From Lingula anatina (taxonomy: Eukaryota; Animalia; Brachiopoda): a stretch of 64,000 nucleotides of DNA. Below are positions 12,201-24,800 of the stretch, piece by piece (the stretch's first letter is position 1; every line of letters begins with the position of its first letter). Both the position numbers and the translations under genes were made by a program. The stretch lies in NCBI GenBank assembly GCA_051362555.1, contig JBPQGU010000016.1, positions 124,001 to 188,000 of the forward strand, given 5' to 3'. The notes beneath the pieces were generated by a model, which was not told the origin of the DNA, did no database searches, and saw nothing but the letters and a program-made list of their open reading frames with translations.

Positions 12201-15200
12201 ATATAAACTTAATAACCTGACTGTCTTCCGGAAGTCCCAGAAGATGGTCTCAATCTACCCTTTCAATAAGATTACAGTTTCAGGACCATGAGAGTTCAAA
12301 TTCACATGATGTAAGTCTTAATATTTGAAAAATGATGACAGTGCATAAAATAATATTACATAAGTAACATAATGTTTAAAGACATAAAAAACAATACAAC
12401 TGCTTATGTGGAAAAACAGAAATGTCAGAGTCTCAGGCGGATGAGAGTTTAAAGTCACAAATGCAAGTGTTTGAGAAAAAATTATAAAGGAAAACAACAA
12501 AACTAGAAAAGCAACACGAGAGTGCAGACCTCTGCCAAGGTAGCAATTGTTGATTATTATTGATTTTTGTCCTCTTTGGCCCACTTCTGACAGTTCCTGA
12601 AAATTTCAGCAAAATCGGTCCATAACTTTTTGAGTTATGTTGATGACAAACAGGGGTGAAAATATAACCTCCTTGGCAGAGGTAAATATAATTCCAATGA
12701 AGCTGCTATTCAAACTTTTAATCTTTCAGTTTGATATATATATATATATATATATAAAACTTATTTGCAATATTAAACAAAATTTACCTGCATAATTATC
12801 ACTGCTTCCTTATTATTAATCTAGCAGAGAGCTTAACCTATGGGAGTTTACAGGGAAATATCAACAAGTGTGCTTTATGTAATCTCAAATCACAAGTGTG
12901 CTTTATGTAGCCTATCAATTAGGCAAATTACTTTATAACTGAAATTAGCGAAGTGATACCCAAGGGAAATTTATAGACTGACCCTCTCAAAGGTCTTTCA
13001 GGCCCATAAGTCACAACTTAAGAAGAGCACAAAACAATAATGCACAAAATAGGAGACTACCACTTCTGATGCAATAATACATTATGTTTAACTGCACAGT
13101 CAACATCAAATTTTAATTTTGCACAACAGGTAACACCGATGAGAGTAAAAGCATAAGGCTTCAGGCCCATCAGAGTTCAAGTTTATACTTAGAAAGTGCC
13201 AGAATGAGAAAAATGAAATTTCACACAAAATTGCATTAAATTCAATAATAAATGATAACCCAACTGACCTGGCTTTCTAATTTGAACTGCATGCCAATCC
13301 TAAAAATCATACTCTTAAGTTAAATATAATAATAAATAACACAGTTTTCTTTTCATAATGTTTGCAGTAGCAGTGCAAAAAGATTATTGTCAATTTTGAT
13401 GTAACATTACATAATAAATTATAGAATAATTATCACCAATTTTTGATTATTGACTATAAATAGCATGAACATGTAGAAAATTTGATTACCATCCGGCTTC
13501 ATGTCCATGGGAGCTCCGAGTCCCACAATGAATATGCCAAAAAGATAATGAATATTTCACTAAAATGAATAACTTCCAGAAAAAGAAGCCCATTAGACTG
13601 CTTTTCCAACTTGGGCTGCATTTTAGTCCTGTGTTTCTTTTTTGAAAGTTTGACAATCATAACGAACACGGTTTTCCCATCATGGTCATCATGGCAGATG
13701 TGGATGATTGAATCTGACAAACTGCAATGATATGAGTTTATTTCCGTTTTGGACACTTGATTACACAATACATGATAACAAGTTTACCATCATTTTTACA
13801 TAATCAACTAACAATGTTGTAAAGATGCAGGAAATATCAAACACACACTTTTACGTATCTTATTAGTTCAATAATGAGACTGTTAACATGCCTAAGAATT
13901 GAATCTGAGGAAATTTGAAAAAACAGTACAACTTCTAAAATAATGGCCCGATAACACTGATTTTCGAACTCAACCTGCATTTTTGTAAGATTGACCACTC
14001 CTGTGAGTATAATGACAATTGGCTAAGCTGTTTTTCTTATATTGTGTTATTAATGTTGCATATATGTTGAAAAAAGTGAAAAAACAGCATAAAAAAATTA
14101 AAAGAAAATGTAAAATAAAACATAACAAAAAATACCAATAAAGCTGCTATTCAAACTTTTAATCTAGCTGTACAATTACTAACATGATATGAATAACCCT
14201 ATTGAGTTTGAGAATAATAAGGCACTGTTATTCATCTTTAGCATTAATGTAAGCGTTACACAAATTTTTTTTTTTTTTGTAAACTTATTTTCCATATTAA
14301 ATAACATTTACCTGCATAATAATCATCGATTCCTAATTATGTGACACAGTTAAGAAAGCTAAACCGATGGGACTTTACAATGAAATCTCAATGTGTGTTT
14401 ATGTAATCTCATTTAATATCCACTTGAAAATTAATTAAGCAAATTATTTTATAACCCTGAAATAACTTGAAAATCAATTAAGCAAATTATTTTATAACCC
14501 TGAATTAACTGCCTACTATCCATATACATTTATTGCACCAAATAGCACTGTACTGCATTGCTTTCAAAACAGAAAACAATTACGATGGTTTTCCAACACA
14601 AGCTGCACTTCACTCTTTTCAGTAAGGTTGATTATCATAAGTAACATGGTTTTCCCTTAATCGCTATCCTGGCAGCAGTGTCCAAAATGGGGTTTTCTTT
14701 AACTTTCATGCAATATAACATAATACTTAACAGCATAATGACCATCAAATTTTTTATAAAAAAATAAAAGTATCATGGATATTCATGGAAAGGTCTCCAA
14801 GGACATGGAAGTTAGGGTCACACTTTCAAAATGCCAAAATGTTAACAAGAGATAACTGTACTGAAATGATTTTCTTTCCATTTTCAACACCTTTTTAACA
14901 TAAAACCATCATCAATTAACTGTCATTTTTAAATGATCAACTAGGAAAATTGTTGACATAGGAAAAATATCAATAGAACAATTTATAATGTCCAATTAGC
15001 TCCATTTGGAGATTCTGAACATAGTGAATGATTGAATCTGACGAACTGCAATGATGAGTTCCTTTCCATTTTTGATACTTTATTACACAATGCAGGATAA
15101 TAGGTTTACCGTCATTTTTATATAATCAACTAACAATATTGTTAAGAAGCAGAAAATGTTAAAACAACACTTTAACATATCCAATTAGTACCGTTATGAG

Positions 15201-18200
15201 ACTGTTAACATGCTTAAGAATTAAATCTGAAGAAAAACCACTTATATACAAAAAGGCTAATAACTTCATCAAAACTTAACTGATCAAGCTTATTTTCAAA
15301 CTTGATCTGTATACTGGTCAGATTGATCACTCCTGTGAGTTGCAAGACAAAAGGCTGATTGGTTTTCCTTAAAATGCGTTATCAGTGTTGCATGTATGCT
15401 GAATAAAGGGAAAAAAACAGCATTACTTTTGTAAAAATAGTCCAATCATGCCAATTTTCAAACTTGACCTGCATATAATAAATATTCACCAGTTCTGTAA
15501 ATTTCAATCCAAGGAAAGGAAAAACATTTTTACACTTATCATGTTATCGGTGTTATAAAAGTGCTGAAAAAATTGAAAAAAAAAAAAAAAAAAAAAAAAA
15601 CAGGATAACTTCCATAAAAATTGTCCGATCTTGCTGATTTTCAAACTTGACCTGCGTATTATGAATATTCATTAGTTCTGTAAGTTTCAAGCCAAATGAA
15701 AAAACAGTTTTCCACTTATTGTGTTATCAGTGCTGCATATATGCTGAAAAAAGTGAAAAAAGAGCATAAATTCCCTAACAATAATCGAATCATGCTGATT
15801 TTCGAACTTGACTTGCGTATTATGAATATCTATCAGTTCTACAAGTTTCAAGCCAAAAGGTAAATTGGTTTTCCACTTATGGTGTTATCGGTGCTGCATA
15901 TATGCTGAAAAATAGTGAAAAAACAGCATAAATTCCCTAAAAATGACCCAATCATGCTGATTTTCGAACTTGACCTGTGTATTATGAATATTAATCAGTT
16001 TTGTAAGTTTCAAGCCAAAAGGTAGGATGGTTTTCCACTTATCGTGTTATCGGGGTTGCATATATGCTGAAAAAAGTGAAAAAACAGCATAAATTCCCTA
16101 AAAATGACCCGATCATGCTGATTTTCGAACTTGACCTGCGTATTATGAATATTCATCAGTTCTGTAACTTTCAAGCCAAAAGGTAAAATGGTTTTTCACT
16201 TATCGTGTTATCGGTGCTGCATATATGCTGAAAAAAGTGAAAAAACAGCATAAATTCCCTAAAAGTGACCCGATCATGCTGATTTTCGAACTTGACCTGC
16301 GTATTATGAATATTCATCAGTTCTGTAAGTTTCATACCAAAAGGTAAAATGGTTTTCCACTTATCGTGTTATCAGTGCTGCATATATGCTGAAAAAAGTG
16401 AAAAAACAGCATAAATTCCCTAAAAGTGACCCGATCATGCTGATTTTCGAACTTGACCTGCGTATTATGAATATTCATCAGTTCTGTAAGTTTCATACCA
16501 AAAGAAAAAACAGTTTTCCATTTATCGTGTTATCGGTAAAAGTGCACGGCGACGGCGACGACGGCGACAGCGACGACGGCGACGGCGACGACAGACGCAG
16601 ATGATGGCTATATGTACAGACACATCTGTGTCTGTACATAAAAACCGTTTTACCTTTTGGCTTGAAACTTACAGAACCGATGAATATTCATAATACGCAG
16701 GTCAACTTCGAAAATCAGCATATTTGTGGAAGTTATGCTATTTTTTCATTTTTTTCAGCATAAATGCAACACCGATAACACGATAAGCGAAAAATCGTTT
16801 TACTTTTTGGCTTATAAGTTATTGAAATGATGAATATTCATAATACGCAGGTCAAGTTTGAAAATCAGCCTGATCGGGCCATTTTTATGGAAGTTATGCT
16901 GTTTTTTTCACTATTTCAGCATATGTGCAACACCGATAACACATTTCAAGGAAAATCAATTGGCCAATCGTCTTGAAATTCACAGGGGTGATCAGATTTA
17001 CTAAAATACAGATGAGGTTCGAAAATAAGCTTGATCGGTTCAATTTTGGTGAAATTGTGCCTTTTATTGTATATAAGTCTTTTTTCTCGGATTTAATTCT
17101 TAGGCATGTTAACAATCTCATTTGTGAACTAATTAGTAATGTAAAGGTGTTCTTTTGACATTTTCTGCATCTTAACAATATTGTTAGTTGATTATATAAA
17201 AATGATGGTAAACCTGTTATTGTGCATTGCGTAATCAAGTGTCAAAAATAGAAATAAACTCATATCTTTACAGTTTGTCAGATTCAATCATTCACCATGT
17301 TCAGAATCTCAGAATGGAACAAATTGGACATTTAAAATTGTTCTATTGATATTTTTCCTATGTCAACAACTTTCTTAGTTGATCATTTAAAAACGACAGT
17401 AAATTGATTATTTTGATATATATGTAAAAAAAGTGTTGAAAGTGGAAAGAAATTCATTTCAGTACAGTTATCTCTTGTGTACATTTTGGCATTTTGAAGT
17501 TGTGACTCTAAACTTCCATGGCCCTGAAGACCTTTCCATATCAAATTTTCTGAATATCCATGATACTTTTATTTTATTATTAAAAATTGATGGTCATTAT
17601 GCTGTTAAGCATTATGTAATATTGCATCAAAATTGAAGACAACCCCATTTTAGACAATGCCTCCATAGTGACCATTTAAGGAAAACCAAGTCACTTACTC
17701 TTCTCAAACTTACAGAAATATAACATAGCACTAAATTATAGCTTCAGTTGGAAAACCTGTTATATCGGTTAACTTTCTTGGAAATTATATAGTTTTTTGT
17801 TACAATTAAAATTTTCACATATGGACATTTTCAAGGTGTAACTTAGTCTTTGAACTTCCATTGGCTTGAATACCATTCCTAGTTGTATCTTTTGAATAGC
17901 TATGATACATTTACTTTATTATTAAAAAATTGATGGCCATTGTGCTGTTAAGCATTATGTTAAATTGCATAAAAGATGAAAAAAAACCTTTTTTGGACAT
18001 CGCTGCTGGGATGACCATTAAGGAAAAACCATTTTACTTATGATATTCTAACTTACTGAAAAGTTTCATAGGACTGAAGTGTAGCTTGTGTTGGAAATCA
18101 GTGTGATTGTTTTCTGTTTTGGAAGCAATGCAGCTCTATGGAGTGCTATATGGGGCTACTGTTTATGGATGGTGGTAATTGTCCCTTGGGATAATCACTA

Positions 18201-21200
18201 GCTAAATTCAGAGCTATAAAATTACTTGCCTAATTGATTTTCAAGTGCCCATTAAATAAGATTACATAAAACACACGTTGAGATTTCCCATTCAAGTCCT
18301 ATAGGTTAAGCTCTCTTAACTGTGTCACATAATTAGGAATTGGTGATAATTATGCAGGTAAATGTTGTTTAATATTGCAAATAAGTTTACAAAAGAAAAA
18401 AAATTGTGTAATGCCAACATTAATGCTATAGATGAATAACAGTGCCTTATTATCCTCAAACACATTGGGATTATTCATATCATGTTAATACAGCAAGATT
18501 AAAAGTTTGAATAGCAGCTTTATTGGATTTTTTTTTTTTTTTTGTGTTTTCTTTTTAATTTTTTTCTAAACACTGGCATTTTCAACTCCCATCCACCTGA
18601 AGCTCTTCAGATTTTCTGTATTTCCACATAAGCAGTTGCATAGGTTTTTATGTCTTTAAACATTATTTATTATTTTATGCACTGTCAACATTTTTCAAAT
18701 ATTGGGATTTTCATTATGTGAATTTGAACTCTCATGGTCCAGAAACTATAATCTTATTGCGGGGTGGATTGAGGCCGTCTTCTGGGTCTTTCAGATGCCG
18801 GTCAGATTTTAAAGTTTACATTGACTGGTATCAATTTTTTTCTGTTGGAAGACCATCAAAAGTGTAGGATGGATCAACAAAGATACTTTGGAATACTGTC
18901 AGAAAATATCTCTGGATCTGCTCCTGTTATTGACCATGTTACCTGTTGTGCATGATTAAAAATCAGTGTTAACTGACTGTGTTATTATAAGCATTATTTA
19001 TTATTGCATCAAAATAGAGTGTTTTCCACGAAATCGGGTGCATGCGCAGTTTGCGCCATTTTGTGCGGGACTGTTTCTCAGGGGGCTAGAGTAGAAGGGG
19101 CCTTCATCATGGACGGCTGTCACGATGTAAAGTAGATCTCCCACTCTTTGCATTTATCGGTAATGGGTAGTCATGACAACTGCTGTATGTATAACTGCAG
19201 CCACCGTAGAGGTAGCAAAGACAATGTTTGTAGTTTTTTAGTATTTCCAAAGGATAGACGTTCGACATTGCTATGGATTAGTGCTGCTGGTCGTGCGAAC
19301 ATTTCATTGAAAGATATAACTGTCAACTTCAAAGTCTGTGGCTGTCACTTCCAATCCGGTAAGCCAAACAGGAAAGATAGTATGTCTATTGATGCAGTAC
19401 CATCAGCTGATTTTCCAAAGTCACGCAATACGGCTAACAGTATTTCAAGTGCGACATGGGTCGAAGCGGCAGAGAGTAGGACTAGAAAAATTATATTGAA
19501 GAAGCTAATCACAGCAAATTTACTTTCTTTCATCGTTTTATTTAGAAAAGTAAAACTGCGTACAAAAATATTATCACAAAGATATATTTGATTTGTTCAC
19601 TTCTGAGCTGTTGCATGTCCAAGTTTGCAAATAAATTACTGTACTAGTAAATGCACTAGCATTGTGCCATCTTCCAATTAAAATTAATCTAAAAAAGCTG
19701 CACATTAACACCTGAGTAAAATAAAACCAACCTACACGGGAAATGTTAATTTAAAGCACCATCATCTGAGACGGAAGTTATAATTAAAAACATTACTATA
19801 TCACAATGTAGTTAAATATCCATTGCACTGCTAAATACATAAAATATATACAAATTGTACTTAAATCCTGCATCAACTGTTCAATAAAATAAAAATCTAG
19901 TCTAAAAAGGTGAAAGTTCACTCCTGAGAACCATTTCCATTCTACTGTATTCCGATAAAACCTATATAATAGCACCATCTAATACAACCATATTTTAAAA
20001 CCTTTGCTTTATCACAGTGTTTTTTAATATCTATATCCATGTTAAATACACAAAAGAAAAAATATTTCCAAAAAAAGAAAAAGGACTATTATCATGCAAG
20101 GATTATGATAACAGCATGAAAATAAAACGCTAAAGATTTTCACAACCAAAGATCACAATGCAGAATAATATTGCACATATTCTCAGTTTGGTATTAAATG
20201 CATGTATAGAATAAAGCTTGAATTTTTGAATGAAAAAAAAAATGAAAAAAAAAAGTTCAATAGAAGCGTACACCAACTTTGTCAAAATGAATGTCTTGTA
20301 AAAACTGGTCAGTTTAGGAACTACAGATGCCCAATGAACAGCATCAAACATAACAGATTCAATGAAGAGATCCTTCTCTGTGCACAAAACAAAATCATAC
20401 TCATGAATGTTATACACAGCCATTTGACCCTGGACTTGAGTGGAGTAGCTATGTTTCTGATTCAAATATGGCCTGTTGTTTTCGTCTAGCTTTAAACATG
20501 ACAGTTTTCTGGTGACACAGAGTGGTCTACTAAAGCTGTTGTGTAGATTTTCTGCACATATCCATCTTGAAAAAACCGTTAAGCTTTCAGACTTTTGAAT
20601 GCCCGCACAAATTTCTTATCGTATGTCCTATCCTTGCTGTCTATGAGATACGTTTTCAGTTCTTTCTTGGAAAAGTCATCAGGTACGTCTGTTAAATTTC
20701 TATTCCAAGTACTCGCATGAATGTGTTTTCTAAAAAATGCAGGTGTTATCATGTTACAAATCCTTGAAAATTCAGATCGAAACGAGCACTCGTCGATATG
20801 GCGTCCGTCATGTACACTCCACACTTGCCCCTTGAAACTCCAAATCCCGCAAAATCTTGTGTTCTCACGGAAAATTTAGCGGAAGTCACGTGACCGTGGA
20901 AAACACTGTATTGACAAAATGACCTATTTTGCATCTTTATTTTCTGTTTTTTGTCTGTACATTTGACAGCTTTGCTGCCTTGTTTGTTCTGTTTTTCACA
21001 TTATTAAAAAAATTTTGATGTTAAAGGGTACCTGTCAGCCGGCCTGAGACTGCTGTTGTTAATAGGACTACTGTTGCTAGTGGCAGGAGATGTGGAGGCC
21101 AATCCAGGACCCATTACAACACCTGGTTCTGAACAGGTTTGTGGGAATGTAAATTAGTAATTAAGCTGCATTCACAGCAGCTGACTAACTAGTCCGAAGA

Positions 21201-21834
21201 TCAAGTATGGTGACCCACTTTAAAGTTTGCCATCTAGTAATCTCCTTAACTGAATAGATTCCCATTGGGGATTACGCAACAAGTATTTAAGTGAGGCGGC
21301 CATATTTATTCCACCGACTACATAGTCCACTGTTGTGAATGAGGCCTTAGAGCACATTCAGAACAGTGAACTAACAGCTAGGTCCACAGATCAGATATGG
21401 TGACCCACTAAAAAGCTTGCCACTAACTTCTCGATTAGACATTGAATAGATTCCCTACTGGGATTATGCAACAAGCATTCAAGTGGATCGGCCTCATTTG
21501 ATCCACAGATCTGTTAGGGCCATTCAGAAGTATGATGGCTGATGATCTGAGTACTAACTGATCTGTCGACTAAATATGGCCAACCCGACTACAAAAGCAA
21601 TGCCGCTGATTCCTGATGGTTTCCCCACCTCCACACACGCCATTAAACGTATCAAATCTCGGCTCCAAGGTTTAATTGCTAGGCCCCTGCAGTGATGGCA
21701 CATGTGGATACAGGGAGACCAACATGGAATTAGCAGCATTGCTTTTGAAGTGGGGTCTCCCATATTTAGTCGGTGAATCAGTTACTGGTAGTACTTTGAT
21801 CATCTTTTCTGAATGGCCCTTTAATTTGCTTTTT

Positions 21835-21885
<51 letters not shown>

Positions 21886-24800
21886 TCTTAGATGTAACCA
21901 TCTTAAAATTACTTTTGGTTCATTGATTGATGATATCAATATTTTAATAAAATGATTTCATATAAAAAATTGTATTTTTATTTATTTATTTTATTTATTT
22001 ATTTTTTCTTTGATTTAATGCTTTATATATCTAACATATTGTGGTAAAAATTGTTATTTGCAAGATTTTGATTTTCATTGATTTTCTTGTTTCTTATTTT
22101 TTGAGTTCATGTAATTTTTCTATAGTCTTATAGTAGAGTTATGATTTAAATTTTGTTAAAATGTGTTTTTAAAGATTTTTTTATTATTTTATTAATAAAG
22201 AACAATGGGAAAGATCCTGCCAAAGAAGAACTGTAAGTTAAAATGATTTTTACAATTTCTAACACCTCTGTTATTTCAATAATGTTTATACACAAATTTT
22301 TGTCTAAAAGTGTACATAAGGATAAGAATCCAGCTTGCTTTTTAAACAGAGTTTCCTTAGAAGTGCCTTGCAAAGATTCTAGGTTTCATATTTTGTAAAA
22401 CTCATTTTAAAATTAACATTTTCAGGCAAGCTCAGTCCATATCTTCAGAACAACTACAAGCTCATGACGAAGAAGTAAGTAGAGAATATCAGAAAAGACA
22501 TGGAAATTGGTATTTACTACTTTACCTTAAATCACATTTAGAACAGAAGACTAACAGATCTGTGGATCAAATATGGCCGACCCACTTGAATGCTTGTTGT
22601 GTTATCCCTGCAGGAAATCTGTTCAGTGTCTAATTGAGAATTAAGCGGTGAGCTTTGAATTGGGTCGCCATATTTGATCCATGGATCTGTTAGTGAGCTG
22701 TTCTGAATGGGCTCCTGTATGTACTGAGTAAAAACATACAGCCAACCAGCTCTTTGGGCTACTAGTGTTTTTCCAACCACTGTCCCACAGAACAAATGGT
22801 GGACATTAAAGAACACATTTTTAAGAAAAATGACCCCCCCCTCCCTTTAATTTTACTTGAGCCCATTTGTAGTCTGAGGTCTGAGGTCTTGGGTATTTTG
22901 TTCTTATAGATTTGATTTTTTTTCTTTGCAGATTGCCAAATATGAGGAGGAGGTTATGGTGTATTTGGAGCGTGGCAAAGAACCATTTAAAAGAGGGGAA
23001 TTTGATGTTGCTGCAGAGCATCTAAGCAGAGCACTGGAATATGTGGAGAAATTCCACCTGCAGAAAGGCACTTGTATCACCCCCCATCAACTGCTGGTTG
23101 ATGTTTATTTCAATCGCTGTTTTTGTTATCAGATGATGGTATGTTTCTGAGAGATTTTTATATTCATATATGTTTTTGGTCGTCTTTGAAATTGTCTGTA
23201 GTGTGTAATTGTGTCTGTCTGTCTAGATGTCTGTCTGTCTGCCTGTCTGTAATTATGCAATTTACATGCTTAATGCATGCCCACACTTGCATTTAAAGGT
23301 TTAATCAGTGGTTTGAAAAGATTATTTAAAATATTTTTTTTATTCACCCAAGTCTATTGAACCATCTGTTTTGTGGCTATTGCAATAAAATGATTTTGAT
23401 ACCAATTGCATTTCTTTTTTATCTTCCAGGGTGAGGGCCATTATCTAATGGCATTGAAAGACCTGCACAAAGGTAAATTTGTTAATTTTTTCAAAATTTC
23501 TCTCTCCATTGGTTGCACATGGGGGAATTGATATAAATTTGGAACAGTTTGTTGTCAACTTTCAAATAAATAGAATTGATAGGTATATTTTTTCATGGAA
23601 GCAGCAAATATTGTTCTTGTCTTGGCTGTCACTTACATTAACTACAATAAAAACTTGAACATTTCTAAAGTTGGTCTTGAAAATTTTGTTGAAAGACATT
23701 TCTCAAAGTTTTTCACTTTGAAAATACAGTAAAACTTGAAAATAGGCCTCTCGATTCTTTTGAATAGTTCATCACCTAATAAAGCCATGTCAGATTAATG
23801 CATTCAAAATATTAATTAATATTTAAATGACGAAATTTTGAAGTTTTTACTGCAATGGGCCGACCTGGCTGAATTGTCGGTTAAACCACAGGGTGTAAAA
23901 TATTTAACTGAATCAATTCTTTCATGTGACATGATTTTTTAGGTTTCTTTTGAAATTTTATGGAAACAAAATATAGTTCAACACTGTTTTAAACGGCTTT
24001 GGAGGAACAGTGGATTGCAAGAGGCCTGATATATGTTTGCGTAAAGGTCTACAGGATCAAATTTGTATATTGTAAATTTTTACTGCAGCATGAAACCCAG
24101 GATCAGTACCAATAAATATACTATATGATTTAATTGATTTAATATTTATTGATAATGAATGATCATTTCAAAGTAATTAAAGTATAAATAAGTCAGGAAG
24201 ATATGAAATCAAGAGGGTAGCATATAATAGATAAATCATAATCATCTGACTTCTACATCTATATGCTTGACAAGAGCATTACATTAAGCCAGTATGTTTT
24301 TTTTCAGCCATTGTGTACTGCAGTGAAATTACTATGATAATTGATGAATTCCGTGTTCGAGGGGATATACTATTAAGCATGATCAACAGACAAATTAGGG
24401 TTGACAATGACAGAAATCAGGTATAGTGTACCTTAACTTTTTCAGATGCATAAATTTAGAATTAAAATTTGCAGACTAGCTGTTTGCATTATTTGTGGTA
24501 CTTCTTCTTTATAGAATAGAAGTATTAATAGGTAGCCTGCTTTTCAGTTTTGTTGCTACCACTCCATAGGAATGTCCTTGATTCTGAGGTCTTACAATAG
24601 TGTTAAAATGCAATCAAAGTTATGATATTTAATTGTCTATGATAGAAACCAGAAATAAATGCTTACAAAATATATGCCTTTTTGTGTGTGTAGGTGGAGG
24701 AAGCAAAAAGAGTTATCGATGTCATGAAAAAAGATGGCATCATTGGGTTCAACAAACAAGAATACATGAAAGCCTTAGCAATATATGGTAATACATGCAA

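Larger units (their letters stand above)
19016..20909. mobile_element. Internally deleted ISL2EU-type (PIF/Harbinger-related) DNA transposon with THAP and YqaJ remnants
   Basis: TIRs AGAGTGTTTTCCACG / CGTGGAAAACACTGT. AT target-site duplication (19014-15 and 20910-11) inferred from the empty site in copy 3 (gcatcaaaattgacaaaatg). Contains a THAP ORF on + and YqaJ-like fragments on -. Confidence 0.75.
11343..20984 (+). mobile_element. HINE family A copy 2 (outer element, interrupted by two nested insertions)
   Basis: Starts TTTTTATGTACAGACACAGATGTGTCTGTACA and ends TGTCTGTACATTTGACAGCTTTGCTGCCTTGTT at 20984. The 161-bp array resumes in register at 16645. Confidence 0.8.

Noticed and set aside
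20130-20465. YqaJ 'viral recombinase' as an endogenous virus or phage insertion
   Set aside because: It sits between TIRs with a THAP ORF and an AT TSD, which a DNA transposon explains better.
21027-21136. 2A motif as merely part of an intronic LINE fragment or of the adjacent HINE
   Set aside because: It lies outside the HINE end (20984), no endonuclease or RT sequence follows, and it has phase-matched splice sites on both sides. This alternative is not fully excluded without transcripts.
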